A DNA stretch of 64,000 nt from Eledone cirrhosa (GCA_964016885.1 OZ024741.1:391096001-391160000), one strand, 5' to 3'; shown: positions 13,598 to 28,117, counted from the stretch's first letter. The notes: a model not told the origin generated them from the sequence alone. Program-made: numbers and translations.

Positions 13598-16500
13598 AAA
13601 GGCCTGGTGAAACTCAGTAACATGAGTAAAATTTCCTACCTGGGAGACTTAGCCATAAGCAATCAAGCATTATGCATGGCATTAACCGAAACGCACCTGA
13701 CAAGCAGTATAGCAGATGCAGAAATACATATACCGAAATATACTGTATTTCGTTCGGACAGGAAGGAGAGAACTCATGGTGGGGTTGCTCTGTATATCCG
13801 TGAAGATGTCACAGCAATTGTACTGTTGACACATTCAAACTCAGTCTGTGACACACTGATAGTACATATGAAGCAACTACAGACAGTAATATGTGTCACA
13901 TATCGGCCGCCCGATGCCCCTAGTCATGAGGGTAAATTTGAGGATAGCCTAAGTAGGATAGAAGAGGTCCTTGACAAACTGGACCAGGGTCTCAACATTC
14001 TGCTGCTGGGAGACTTCAACCTGCCAAAGGTCAAATGGCCTGAGGACCACCTCCTCCCTGGAATGACGTCAATAGAACAGAGACAGACGGAATCCCTGCT
14101 GGCCCTCACACACAGGCTGTTCATGGACCAAGCAATACTCCTCCCAACAAGAGGAGAAAATGTCCTGGACCTCTGTTTTACAAACAACGAAGTGCTCATC
14201 CACAATGTAAAGGTGACACCAACAATTCTCTCGGATCATAACTTAGTAGAGCTAATGATATGTGGTCCGAGAGAACCAACAGAGACAAAACCACCAAGAA
14301 GCTCCGGGACTTTATCCAGCCTTAACTTCTACAAGGCTAACTGGAAAAAGATTAAGAGAGAAATCCGGAAGCAAACATGGTGTGAAAACACCGCCACACA
14401 AGATACTAACACACAATTTCAACACTTCATGACAACGATACACACTATATGCAAAAGGTTTGTCCCGGAGAAAAAGGCAAACAGACACAAAAATCTTATT
14501 CCCAGAGATAGGAAAATCCTTATGAGACGTAGAACCAAGCTCTCAAACCAGTTGAATAGTCAACAGGAAAACAAAAGCAAGAAGGAATCCTATTTGAAAT
14601 GTGCACTACTTGGCACCGAGATTGCACTCAAGCTTTCCCATGAGAATGAGAGGGCAAATAAAGAGAACAGTGCCATAGAAAACATTAAAACAAACCCTAA
14701 GGCCTTCTTTAAATTTGCAAAAGAAACTGCCTCGGTACACTGCAAGATTGGGCCACTCTTCCATACGGACGATTCATTAACCGAAAACCCCCAAGAGATA
14801 TGTGAAATACTGAACGAACAGTACAAAAGTGTGTTCACATGTCCACTGAGGCACATGCAAATAACGAAGCCAGAGGAGTTCTTTGATGCCACAACACTAC
14901 ATCAAGAAATGGCGACCATCAACCACATAGACATAACGGAGGAGGATGTGGTGTACGCCATTGATGAAATTAGAACAAACTCAGCTGCTGGACCTGATGG
15001 ATTCCCAGCAGTTCTCTTAAAAATATGTAAGCGGGCCTTAGCAACTCCACTGAAGATGCTCTTCAGAAGCTCCTTGGCTAGCGGTGTACTACCCAGGGAG
15101 CTGAAAGAAGGCACAATATGCCCTATCCATAAAGGAGGTAGCAGAGCGGAGGCCAAAAACTATAGGCCAGTCTCCCTGACGTTGCATATCAGTAAGGTCA
15201 TGGAGCGAGTCGTCAGAAAGAAACTGATCACTTTCCTCGAGGAAAATGACCGCCTGACTAGCACGCAACATGGCTTCCGCTCAGGAAGAAGCTGCCTTAC
15301 ACAGCTGCTACATCACTACGATTGGGTACTGAAACAACTACTAGACAGCTCACATGTGGACGTGATATATCTTGACTTTGCGAAGGCCTTTGACAAGGTC
15401 GACCACGGAATGATATGTCACAAACTACACGGACTCGGCATAACTGGAAAAGTAGGTGAGTGGCTGCATGACTTCCTAAAGGACAGAAGCCAGACAGTCG
15501 CAGCAAATGCGGCCCTCTCAAAGGAAACACCAATAACAAGTGGGGTGCCTCAGGGGACAGTCCTGGGACCACTACTGTTTTTGGTGGCTCTCTCAGACAT
15601 GCCCTCTGTAGTACATACAACAACATCCCTCACTAGCTATGCTGATGACACTAAGGTAGCACAGGCAATCAAAAACCCGGCTGACGCTGCCCTTTTACAA
15701 CAAGATCTGGATGCCATATACAAATGGGCGGAAGAAAACAACATGCAGTTTAATGCTGGCAAATGCCAAGCCCTACAATACAAACCACCAAACAAACCTG
15801 CAAACACAAATATAGTACAACACAACTACACAGGACCAGGAGGGACCTATATCCCCGTGTCAAAATCGATACGAGACCTGGGCATAGACATGAGCGATGA
15901 TGCATCTTTTTCCTCACACATCATGAAAGTGGCGACAATGTGCAGGCGACTCGCTGGCTGGATCTTTGGCCTTTCCGGACAAGAGACCGAGACACCATGT
16001 TGACACTATGGAGGACATTTGTCCTAAGCCGTCTGGACTACTGCTCCCAGTTGTGGTCACCCCATAGTTCCAAACTAACCACGGAGCTTGAGGCAGTCCA
16101 GCGAAGCTACACCAAGAGGATTGCAACGATGAAGGAAACAATCTACTGGGAGAGGCTGAAGGAACTGAACCTCTACTCCTTGGAACGAAGACGGGAGAGA
16201 TACGCAGTGATCTACATGTGGAAAATCCTGGAGGGACTAGCACCAAACTTTGGCATTAGGAGCTGGACCAACCGTCGAACAGGACGTCACTGTGTGGTGC
16301 CAAAGGTCCCATCTTCCATATCTAGAATAAGGAGCAGGTATTGCAATATCCTGGAATTCAAGGGCCCTCAACTCTTCAACAAGCTGCCGAGGGATCTGAG
16401 AGATTTGCATGACGTGGAGGTGGTTGTCTTCAAGAAACATCTCGACACCTTGCTATCCAGGATCCCGGATGAGCCCACAGCAAGGCACGAGGGAAACCTA

Positions 16501-16635
16501 AGAGCAGCAGCAACAAACTCCCTCTTACACCAGTGGCCAACCTATACAGGCTGGAGATAAAATGTGTAGCAACAAGGGCGGTGTCCCAGCATGGCCTCAG
16601 CCGGATGGCTGAAACAGGTAAAAGAGTAAAAGAGT
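13598..16635 (+). mobile_element. CR1/L2-group LINE ORF2 (APE endonuclease + RT), one frameshift near 15960; 3' (GTAAAAGA)n tail
   Basis: APE: LTETHL, YRPP, GDFN, LDLCF, SDH; RT: NYRPVSL, QHGFRSGRSC, YLDFAKAFDKV, SGVPQGTVLGP, YADD; C-terminus SRLDYCSQLWSP, SLERRR in ORF 15940-16560. Confidence 0.92.
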
Positions 16636-17272
16636 ATATGTGTGTGTGTGTGTAAACCAGGGTTCGTCGCCATTCTCTCTCTTTCTTTCTCTCATTCTCT
16701 CTCTATCAGAATATCTTGCACCTCTTTCTGTATAACGACCCCCCCTCTCTCTCTCTCTCTACTTCTGCCTCTCTCTCTTTAGATGTTTATGTATATATAT
16801 GTCTGTGTAGTAGTGTTCGTGCAACCAACCAACCAATATTTATTTAGGGGCTGCATTAGACAAAAACTTGAAAATTTTATGAGTCCAAACAACTCCTGGG
16901 AACATAACGCATGTTTGTTCCAAATTTGAAGAAAATCTGAAGACCTATGTTTATACGTGTATGGGGGCTGTCAGCATGCAATTAGATATTGATATTTCTT
17001 GTGTGCGTGTTGTTTTAATGCCGCTATCGTAAAAACAAAGTTGTGGTAGTACCTCTTTAGGAGAAAGTGTAAGTGGCTGAAGGATTGTATGTGCAGCTTG
17101 GGTAGATGCAAGATGAGCTGCTTATGTACTGGTTTCAGATGTCTGAATATTGAATGTTGAACAATTAAAATTTATTAGTGATAAAATATAACGTGCCATA
17201 ACTAAACGATATTTACTTGACTCATAAAACTTAATGCACGTATATAGACTCAAAAATAACATTACAGGAATA

Positions 17273-17600
17273 TAATTGTTTCTACTTTAGGCACAAGGCC
17301 AGCTATTACCCAGTACATTACTGATACTTTATTTTATCGACCCCGTAAGGATGAAAGGCAAAGTTAACCTCGGCGGGATTTGAACTCAGACTGTAAAGTG
17401 ACGTAACTATGCTAGAAAGTATGGCGTCCAACCCTCTACCGATACTGCCAATTCACCGCTCTTATTATAGGAATATAACCAGAGCTTATAAATGTAATAA
17501 TTGTTTCTACTTTTGGCACAAGGCCAGCAATTTCCACAGTGCATTACTGGTACTTTATTTTATCGACCCCGTAGGGATGAAAAGCAAAGTTAACCTTGGC
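17273..17600 (-). mobile_element. Two tandem tRNA-derived SINE copies (family A; second one truncated)
   Basis: Minus strand A-box-like TGGCAGTATCGG, B-box GAGTTCAAATCC, core GCCTTTCATCCTTACGGGGTCGATAAAAT, tail AAAGTAGAAACAATTAT. Confidence 0.85.
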
Positions 17601-17753
17601 ATACTTATTAATTGAAGTAACAACAATTGTAAGAATAACATTAATAGAGTATATTAAGAAAAACAATACAAAAATTAGGGAAGCTTAATTCAGTAATAAA
17701 GTATCAATCACTAGGAGAGTTTCTAGTTATTAAGAGATTAATAGCTTTAAATG

Positions 17754-18034
17754 TGTTAATAGAGGTGAAAGGATTATTTTTAGAATAAGGGTCGCTCTCC
17801 GACAGGTTTGCGGTTGTACCCCTGACAGTGGAGAGACTTCTGGTGTCCTCGGCCCCAGAGCTACATCCCTACTCACCACTATAGGCGCTGAGCTGGCCAG
17901 CTGCAGGTGTGAGTCCCGCGAGTTGGAGTGGCTTTTCCAGCGCGTCTCCCTTGTCGTCCTCCGCAGGAACGCCTTCTCCATCCTGTCCGCCGGGGCTGTG
18001 AGGGGAGGAGGGGGGGGGGGGGCATCGCGTAACA
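17754..18034. mobile_element. Possible solo LTR
   Basis: GC-rich 281-bp island bounded by TGTTA...TAACA; no TSD seen. Confidence 0.35.
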
Positions 18035-18699
18035 TTCCATATTTAAGTATCCGAAACACAAAACCTGTTTATTTATTTATACTTAAGGCTGTATTGTTGG
18101 AATTCGAATCACACAGTTTAGTTGTTGTAATAGTTAATATAATAACCCAATACCGTTTAACCTAGAATACTGATGCAGTACAGTTAATTCAGTGATAGAC
18201 AGATATATTAGTGTAAGGTAAGTAAAACACATTCAACTACATACATATATACACATATAAATATGCACACTCATAAATAGATAGACATATAACACACACA
18301 CACATATATATATATATATACGTATACATATATACACACATCCTATCATAGTGTTGTGCTAAAATAGACCTAGTAGATGAGTAAAATTTACGCTCATAAA
18401 TATTACTGTTATTAGTATATATATATATTCACTTCCTCTCTGAAAATTATTCAGCGGTCCCACCTTCCCCATTTGCGAATGGGATATGAGTTAATTTTAA
18501 TCTGAGAAAATGAACTTCTCCCAACAGCCCACGCTTTTGAGCTTGATTCCTCTCTCCGTTGGACTTTATGCCCCCCCCCCTCCTATTAGTAACACCCTGG
18601 TGACAGGCCTGCCATGATGACCCTTATTGTTTACGACAGAAAGTTGAGTAAATAATAAAACCTACAAATAAAGAAATATTTAAAATTCATTGGTAAATC

Positions 18700-19575
18700 A
18701 ATTCAATTCTTCGTTTCTTTTTGGCAAATCCATCGATCACTTTGTTATAAAATGTATCAGTACCATGTTCTACCTTCATCTTCTTCAAAATGTCTTTATT
18801 CATGGAAATGAAGACCAAATTGCTCAATCTCTTTTCACTTTGAGAACACCTCATATAATTATTTACTCACTTTAATGAAGAAAACAATCCCTCACATGAA
18901 GCAAATGTGCTAGATATGATCAGAATCAAACGTAGTAATTTTGTTACTTCTGCCAGAATTTGATTTATTTCAAGTTCCCGTATTAAGTCTGCGACTTCCT
19001 GGATACTTGACGTTTTGAAAAATATGCAGCATAAACTGATTTCAGCTCACATATCGGTCCATCCAAATCCAATATATTTATATAGACATCCAAAGATGAA
19101 AATGCTTCTATCGGAAATGTTTTTCTGTAAGCGTGAAAAAGCTTCGGATTCAACAACTCAACAAATCTGAACTCTCCCATTGTTTTAAATCTTTGTTCAA
19201 CATGGTCAATAATTTCATCCAAAATTCGACAAAGTTCTTAAAACAGCTTCTGGTTCTTGATATCGACCATGCTTCTCTTGTGGTTCAGCGACACCATCCT
19301 GAACCCGGCAGTAAAATTGCTCAAACTTGTTCTAGATATCAATCAATTGTTTCTGGAAGTTTTCAACCTCATGAATGCACCTCGAAATGTTAAGCGAACA
19401 TTTTTGAAGAATCGAAAACAGAATTTCTGAGTCACTCAAAATAGTTTAAAAAACCACTAATAAAAATTTAAACTGAAAAATCTTCTCGGATTTCAACAAA
19501 CCCCCTTGCCTGTGCTAATGTTGAAGCATTCCAATCCCCTGGATTTTCTAATATGGTTGAAAATAGCCCAGAAAA
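18700..19575 (-). pseudogene. Decayed hAT transposase (C-terminal dimerisation region)
   Basis: Minus strand EVTKLLRLILIISSTFASCEGLFSSLK*VNNYMRCSQSEKRLSNL; ORF 18983-19222 IIDHVEQRF. Confidence 0.8.
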
Positions 19576-19618
19576 CAGTAATTTGAATCTATCTCCCTCC
19601 CCCCTCTCTCTCTCTCTC

Positions 19619-19652
<34 letters not shown>

Positions 19653-19658
19653 TATATA

Positions 19659-20330
19659 CTGTACTATAAGTTTGGTAGAAATATCCAAGGGTAAGAGCAC
19701 TCAGTCCATGGGACGAGTTCAGTATAATTAGTTACAACAGTGACATATACAGGTACTTATGTTTTGTTGGGTTATACACCCCAACTTATTCAGCCTGTTA
19801 TATAAAATAAAAATGGCTACCTCCACAGGTTGATTTGAGATTTTTAAGGTAGAGTTCTTCAAGGACAGGTAATTTCGAATTTAGATATAAATAAACTTTT
19901 AGATAATGTTAAAAAGGTAACTATCAAAATAAAACTACAAAAGGGGTCGGAACTTGCACAAAGTTAGTAATTCAAAGAAATTAAATTCCTTGAAATCAAA
20001 ATGAATCAGTCTGGTCTATATCGTATTCTCAGATGGATTTCGCTTCGGGTGGACAGCGACTAAAGCGGTCGAGGAGGGTATTTAAACAGTGTTTCTCTGA
20101 AGCGAGTCACGAGAGTATATTCCACTTTTCCGAGTTAAATAATCAGCAAAATTTCGTCCCATTAACATAGGGGTGGATTTTTACAAAAGTAACGGCGCAC
20201 TATTTTCCATTAAGTGGAATGTATTAGAAAAAGCCACTCCTTATGTTAATGGGACGAAATCTTGCCGGCTATGTAACTCGGAAAAGTGGAATATACTCTC
20301 TCAACTCGCTTCAGAGACGTGCATCTCGCC
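19659..20330 (-). mobile_element. Truncated Nematis-like PLE: tail, degenerate hammerhead (19749-19798), 3' UTR, EN C-terminus with inverted duplication (20093-20182 / 20228-20319)
   Basis: FSIKWNVLEKATPYVNGTKSCRLCNSEK on + strand with reverse copy upstream; acagg-CTGAATA-..-AAAA-CATAAG-TA-cctgt (two core mutations). Confidence 0.75.
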
Positions 20331-21962
20331 CAACGTGCATCTCGGACAGGCCGATTAACGACACATCCATTCCTGTAGAGTTTATCTCAAACTGGTAATG
20401 CTCCACTAGAACTTAGATATTGGAAGGCAACAAATACGTTTAATCATTGAAACACTAAACACTATTCTATATGTGAAATATTCATTACTGGAGGCATTTA
20501 CAAAGTTGTTAACCATGACTATAATGTGTAATTGAATACACTTGGATATATGTAAATAAATGTATTCAAATTTTTTTTTCTGTGAACAGAATTTATGTAT
20601 TTACCCAACTCTTAAATGATAAAACTGTCACAGACATTCATAGACAAAGGAAAATCCATTAGTGCCAAGCCTGTTCAAGAATGGCTCCAGTCATTTTATT
20701 CAAAATTTTAAAAAGATCTTTGTAAGACTTGAAAAAAAAAAGGTAACATTCAGCATGTCTTGAATGAACCGAAGGAAAAGACTTAATGAAAGATATATCA
20801 GAAATATGTCATTTATTTATTTCCGATATCTCCCTAAAATATATTCTAATTCGTTAGACACTTTCTTAACGACTTTCCAAGTGTTCATGATTGTCTTCTG
20901 CGCCTTCGTGGCCGATGGGGAAAGGAATAAAGAAGATTTGGCACGAATGCTTGCAACTGAGTGGACTCCATTAAATACGTCAAACGACTATGTAGTCGTC
21001 ACAAAGCGAGCGATGGATAAACATCTAACTCCCAAGAACAAGGATAGTCCTAACGGGCTTCTAAACGTGTTTTTCCGCCTACCAAATCTTACTCACAGAA
21101 CATTGCTCCACCGAAGGCTAAAATAGATGACACTTGCCACCTTCAAACTCGAAACCACATAAATGGGAGACAACATTATTAACCGTATAGCCATGCCTGT
21201 GTTGATGCACGAATGAAGATATATTCCCTAAGTTCCAAGTTCACTACATTCTGGTACTGTTGATTTAATGAAAGTTTTATATAGTTTAACACTCTCCTCT
21301 GAAGAATGTGTCAATGTTAAATATTCTATTACTGTACTGCATCATATTTCGTACACTAACAGTTCTTGTTTCTAATTTATCATTTCTACTGCTTAGCTGA
21401 ATAAATGTGTATACGGTTACTTGATACATCATAATCTATAACGCTCAGTGTGTGGTCATGCTCCTTTCTTATAGAAATCTACGATATAGAATTTCTTCAA
21501 TTGAAATTTACAATTCAGTATTCGAAATAGTTTCTATTGCGTCTTGGCACATCTCATTTTTTCAATTTCACCCACAATTACGCCAAAAATAGATAAAACT
21601 CAATATTTTACGATTTTTCTCTGTCATTTAAACTGCTAAACTCTTTCCACTACCATTCAAAATCTATACAACTTCATACTTTCTGCTACTTTCTCTTTCC
21701 AAGCTTGATGGTGATACTGTCCGTATTACTCTGTCATATCATCTGCTTCCCTCTATCTACAACCCACACATTTTGCTACTTTCTCTTTTATACTTCAAAT
21801 TATTACATTTCATACGAAACGACAATTATTCAAAAGCAACAGATACATTTATTCAACAAGCGATAAATCTTTTTTAAAACCTCTTTTCCAAACGCATACA
21901 AACACACACTCACTTCAACAACAACAACAACAATCTGCCTTTTATAGATAATGATAAACAAT

Positions 21963-22240
21963 AATATCCTCTATGAGGTTACTAAACCTGCTAGAAATAG
22001 CAGCTAACTCTCCCCCATATCACACCCATCCCTACTATCTTAAATTTAGAAAACATATCTTCTATGAGGTCACTAAACCTGCTAGAAACAGCAGCTAACT
22101 CTCCTCCATATCACACCACTCCCTACTGTCTTAAATTTAGAAAACACATATTCTCTATGAGGTCACTAAACCTGCTAGAAACAACAGCTAACTCTCCCTC
22201 ATATCACAACCCTCCCTACTGTCTTAAATTTAGAAAACAC
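21963..22240 (+). repeat. Three tandem copies of a roughly 92-bp unit
   Basis: CTATGAGGTYACTAAACCTGCTAGAAAYAGCAGCTAACTCT...CTTAAATTTAGAAAAC x3. Confidence 0.9.
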
Positions 22241-22496
22241 ACAGACAACCATGCAGAACAACTCCATCGCAGCTCTGTTGTTCGGCTGGCATCGTCTACG
22301 CGCGTGTTGCACAAGTACTGTGAAACAATAAATTTCAACACTTTTTTGCACAGAGATAATATCCATAGGCGAAACTACAATTGTCACTGCTGGCGCAGCT
22401 CCTGCTTCCAGGTCTGCAATTCATTCACCCAGTGCCTGGCAGACAAAAAAGTGCTGCCATAAAATGGGTGGTGCAACCTAACTTTGGTAACTTAAT

Positions 22497-22527
22497 GACC
22501 CCGAGCAACGCCGGGCTTTAATGCTAG
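22497..22527 (+). mobile_element. Helitron-like 3' terminus
   Basis: Hairpin CCCG(A)GC AAC GCCGGG followed about 8 nt later by CTAG|T. Confidence 0.65.
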
Positions 22528-22909
22528 TTTATGATAAACATGTGACAATTAGAATCAGTCTTGATAGATACGGCTAGGACATTGTTTATTCATTGAAAGG
22601 AAAATTTACAAAAAGTTGATATAGATAGATTGTAAATGTCATATTAATACACACGTGCGAGCGCACACGTGCGAGCGCACACGTGCGTGTTGATATGTGA
22701 TAATATATATAAGAAAAGTTAATCAGTTCAGCTTTGCTTGTCGTCATTTCCAGCTCGATAAATAAGATATCTATCTAGTACTCTATCGCCTGAGAAAATC
22801 ATATGAAGCACTTGCTCTTTACTGGACACAGAATGACTATGCTAAGATGGCCAAACTGAAACAGAATGAAGAACGAAACCGTGTAAAATAGAATAATTAA
22901 TAAAAAAAA

Positions 22910-23092
22910 TTGGCAATATTGGTAGTGAGTCGGACGCCATGCTTTCCAGTATAGTTACGTCCCTTTACGCCCCCCCTGAGTTCAAATCCCGCCGAGGTTA
23001 ACTTTGCCTTGCATCCTTACGGGGTCGATAAAATAAAGTACCAGTAATGTATTGGGTAATTGCTGGCCTTGTGCCAAAAGTAGAAACAACTA
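22910..23092 (+). mobile_element. tRNA-derived SINE family A
   Basis: Matches the 17273 copy (B-box, core, tail). Confidence 0.85.
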
Positions 23093-23278
23093 TTTTGTGC
23101 TATTTGTCACATCAAAGGAAACCCACAACATCCCATCAGAGAAAAGGGCAGTTTTCATCCCCTCAAGGAAGGGGATCATATGTGTGTGTGTGTGTGTGTG
23201 TGTATTTACATTTGTGTACTGGAGTCTATATGATCGACTAAATCCAAGCGACATCCTGCAAAAAGTACAAGAATAAAA

Positions 23279-23355
<77 letters not shown>

Positions 23356-23661
23356 CATAAAGTTTATTTCATATATATGTACTTATAAATACACAATTTT
23401 ATGGTGACATTAAAAAAGTGTCTTCAGAATGAGCTTCACGCTGCAAACCACAGACAGAGAACAAATTATCAGTAATTGATATAGATCGATATGTTACTAG
23501 TAGTCAGAAAACTGAATGTAGGTAAGTACAAAATAAACTCGATCACCTAAGTAAAAAAAAATTGCTTCTTTAAGCAATTCCGGGAAATATTAATCGATTG
23601 AATAACCCAAATGTATGTTGTAAGTAAATAATAATAATACTATATATATGTTATATGCAGT

Positions 23662-23830
<169 letters not shown>

Positions 23831-24358
23831 ATATGTGTATGTGTATGTATGTGTATGTGTTTCTGTTGTGTGTGTGTTATATACATTTGTATGTAAGTAT
23901 GTGAGAACCCGTGCGTGCAACAATACACACACAGAACTGCACAACTAATACACATCCGTTTTACATATTATTAGTATATTAATATAAAATCTTTGGCATC
24001 AGGTGGCATGACTTCATTACCAACAAAGAAGTCCATCAACGGACCCATCAATAAAGTGTGTCTAATATTATGTGAAAGCGTCAACTTGGTTGGCTGGGAC
24101 ACAACCCACGACTCTCAAATGCGAGACATGCTAATCAGGTTCCTGATTGGTACCTCCATTGAAAGAGGCGAAAGTGTCCCAACAAAAGTTGGAACGATGT
24201 ATTGATAGCTGCAATTGCCCGTGGACATTGGAGCACCTGGGCTGCCTCATGCACCTCAAAACGCGGGAGCTTCTCAGTCTATGTCCTCTGTGCATCTAAG
24301 GCAGTGCATTGTTATAATATTCTGCGTGCTTCTCAAAGATTTCCTCATTCATCAACAG

Positions 24359-24524
24359 TCTTCTTCTTCTTCTTCTTCTTCTTCTTCTTCTTCTTCTTCT
24401 TCTTCTTCTTCTTCTTCTTCTTCTTCTTCTTCTTCTTCTTCTTCTTCTTCTTCTTCTTCTTCTTCTTCTTCTTCTTCTTCTTCTTCTTCTTCTTCTTCTT
24501 CTTCTTCTTCTTCTTCTTCTTCTT

Positions 24525-24554
<30 letters not shown>
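24359..24554. repeat. (TTC)n, about 65 units; probable 3' tail of the adjacent RTE
   Basis: Directly visible; abuts the 3' end of the minus-strand RTE fragment. Confidence 0.95.
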
Positions 24555-24555
<1 letters not shown>

Positions 24556-24905
24556 AGAGGGTCGTGAGGGAAGACTCCCAAACACTACTTCCAGCAGGTC
24601 CTGTCAGAAGCAACCGTCTCCAACTACCCGACTAGATCCCCAAGCGAGACCCGCCAAGCTCATGGGTGTTATCCAACTATCATGCTCAAGGTTTACCCCT
24701 GGGTCTCCTGCCGTTAGTTTTGCCCATAAAATCTGTCCAGTGATTATTTCCAAAGACATTCTAACCACATGTCCGTAATATCGGAGCTGTGATCTTTCAA
24801 TTCAGAGATGTAGCGGCTCTACCTGGAGTGACTCTCTGATCTCCGAGCTATGCAATCTATTGAGTAACGTTACTCCAAAACCCTTTGGAGGAACCTCATG
24901 TCGAC
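24555..24905 (-). mobile_element. RTE LINE 3' fragment
   Basis: Minus strand IERSQLRYYGHVVRM..GRRPRG with frameshifts. Confidence 0.75.
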
Positions 24906-25337
24906 CGATTGTATTATTAATAGCTACTCGCTTTTATCAAAATTAATACAAATGATAAAAAAATCTAATATCCTCATTAAATATCTTTTGAAATCCATCA
25001 TTATCTATTACAAATTATAAAAGGATCTATTTCTTCAAATACATAATTACAGATTTTAATGATAAGCGGATCTAATATATTTCAATAATTATTCAAATCC
25101 ATCATTAAGAAATGCACAATCTATATTACAATACAGCTTTCTTGTCCGGTTGTCACACGAACGCCACGATCTATCAAGTTTCTGTCTAAAGCTGATGTAA
25201 CACAAATCTAAGATAGATGTTAGGTGGATATATACACCTCAGAACTTAAAATTGGTGGAACACTGATAAAGACACAAATTCGAGTGAGCACGCATGTTTG
25301 TCCAGCAAAAAATTGAAAACTTTTTGGCTGGACCGGT

Positions 25338-25550
25338 AACCGCCCTGTATAAACAGTTCCTGATTTTTACTGGAATTCTATAAGAATCCAACATTCAAAA
25401 CTATAAAAAGAAGTAAGTGACTAAGTCACTACTATTAATCCAATAGCGTAAAGTCTTCAAAATGCTTTTAATTAAGCATACAGTGTATTACCAAATACGC
25501 TATATATACATCCATATATACATCGCTATTTCAGAGCACCAATTCTAAAC
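25338..25550 (+). mobile_element. Copy of the 10146-10410 family lacking the hammerhead hairpin, with tail
   Basis: Aligns by eye to 10146-10205 and then to 10305-10410; tail GCTATTTCAGAGCACCAATTCTAA matches the reverse of 9958-9983. Confidence 0.75.
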
Positions 25551-27069
25551 CGAACATTATAATAAATGTATATATAAAATGCATTAAGAATAAAGTTCAA
25601 TCATTCTTCCTAGTCATGATCCTCTTCCTCCGTATGACCACCATTATCGTCGTCATTGTCATCATCACTGTCATTACCATCTTTATCATCATCAGTTTTA
25701 CGTATGTTTTTCTTTCTTGGCGCACTTTGGACGAAAACAAAAGCTTATCTTGGCTTGATGTAGCGTCAAACAACAGAGAGTGCGAGACGGGTCAACTCTC
25801 CGTCGCAAGGTTACCCCCAGCTGCTGCTGGTACTAAGTAGATTGTGAAATGAAGTGTTTTGCTCAAAGATACCACACCCCGACTCGTTTGGTAACCGAAC
25901 ACAATCTGAAGACTGTAAATTGGCTCTAACCACTAGGCCACATGCCTTAACTTTTTTCTGATTTATATTCAATTTATCCTCAACCATATTGCTGTGGTCT
26001 CTAAATTATTATATTTTTTTTAACATTGCGCAATGCTGCATGCAAACTACGCATTCTTCTCTTTTTCTCTCTCCACCTCCTCCCTCCCTCCAGATACACA
26101 TTGGTTGCCGTGCGATGGATCGATATATTTAGTCTGAAAACTGGATGTTCCTGTCGATTGCTAAGTTTACATCTAATTACAATAATTGTCGACAATCTAA
26201 AACAAAAACTTAAACAAAAACAATATAAAAACAAATAAGAACAATAAATAAGAAACAACTAATCATTTTTACTTGAAGATATTGCTTCCATGATTAACTC
26301 GAAACGGCCTGTCTCCAAGAAAAATAACTATCCAATTTATCAGAAATTTAAAATGTGAAATATTGACATTTCGCAAGCCAGCTGATATTTTAGTTGCCTT
26401 GCAGTTGTGTGTACAGGTGGATGGCATAATTGCAAGTCAAATATGGATGCTTTTCGTGTGAAAAATCTGAACGTAAGAATTATTTTATGTTGGCATGAGT
26501 AATATTGACCTCATTACCGAAACATAAGCAGATACTAGTGTCATTTTGATATCATATTTATCTGATATTGATAGGAGGAAAATAAATATGTCCTTGGACT
26601 CCGTAGTCAGAAGGAGACGGTGTTGCTGACCTACACAGACACTAACACTGGTGAGATTGTTGCGATTAATATTCAGTTTGAACATTTAATGTTAATAAAT
26701 AAACCATGCCAGAAAGAGAATTTGTGGCAACTCTGGCAAGTTCCTTCTATTTTATCCTTGGGTCGACTAAAGCATCGCGAGTAAAATCTGGTAGACAGAA
26801 ACGGCGTGGAAGTTCGTCAGAGAAACTGCTCTGGTTCTTGAGTTGTAATGTGTTTGGTGATTGTGTGTGTTACAATCACCAAACTCCTGTTAAGTCCACA
26901 ATTGTGATAGGTCTTCGGTCTTGATCCCTCCAGTTCCGGGGACCCCGAAACATGCCATTGTCACCGACCTTCCTCCTCTGACAAAGGTGTTAAAACTATT
27001 GTAACTAGGAACTTGTGATTTAAAATGATTAATTTACTATATAGGGGATGAATAGTATATACACACTAC

Positions 27070-27255
27070 TAATAATTGTTTCTACTTTTGGCACAAGGCC
27101 ATCAATTATCCCAGCACATGACTGGTACTATATTTGATCAACTTCGGAAGAATAAAAGGCAATGTTGACCTCGGTGGTATTTGAACTCAGAACATGACGT
27201 GCTAGAACAAATGTCGCAAACATTTTATATGATGTTCTAACGATTCTGCCAAACA
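27070..27255 (-). mobile_element. Diverged SINE family A
   Basis: TAATTGTTTCTACTTTTGGCACAAGGCC..TTTGAACTCAG. Confidence 0.75.
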
Positions 27256-28081
27256 CACCACCCTGTCATTAAGCCATAATCTAGTCTTCATTACGGCACG
27301 ACAGTTTCGGTGCTCTTCTTCCAAGTTTCCAAACAACCATCGTTCCCCTTAAATATGAACATTAATAAAAAAAGAAGAGCCTAATTGTATCCCAAGACTG
27401 TATGCTCACCAGGTTGGAATCTATGTTAGTTTCAATGGCGTTAAGCGACTGAGAGTTCAAAACTCCAATGGATGGAACGCTAATCCATCGCAGGTTTAAT
27501 CTCCAGCTGCTGATGGTACTCATTTTCAACTGAGCAGACTGAAAGAACACAATATGTTAATCAGTATAGGAATTAAACTCATGACATTACGCGGAATAGA
27601 ACCCTTGACATTACGATCGTTAGGCAAACGATCCAACAGTATTAATTAAACCCGTTAATATTATCATCTGGATCCAAATGAACTGCAGTCTTAGTTTGGA
27701 AATTTCAAGAAAACGAGTACGAATCGTTTTGCAGTAAACATTTTCTCGGGAACAGATTTACTTGATAATTAGAGTAATATTAAAACCCAATCATGGAAAA
27801 ATTAACACCAAACCTGATAATTATAAAAAAAAGTAATGGTTGCAGCATAAATAGTAACACCATCATTCCAATCCCAATCCTCAACATCACTTTCATTTCT
27901 ATCATCATCATCACCATCACCATCAATCCCTACCAAAATTATCATCATCCTCGCCACCATCATAATCAACATTTACATCACAACGACCATATCACTATAT
28001 TCGTCGTCACCACCATTATCATCATCACCGTCACTACTATCATCGTCATAATCCTCCTCCTCCTCCTCCTCCTCCTCCTCC

Positions 28082-28117
<36 letters not shown>

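Noticed and set aside
21963-22240. Regularly spaced repeats resembling a CRISPR array
   Set aside because: Whole units are repeated without unique spacers; eukaryotic context, no cas genes
22910-23000. tRNA-like A/B boxes
   Set aside because: SINE heads followed by SINE core and tail; no cloverleaf could be drawn
24202-24613. Poly-F/S/R/K ORFs
   Set aside because: Translations of (TTC)n
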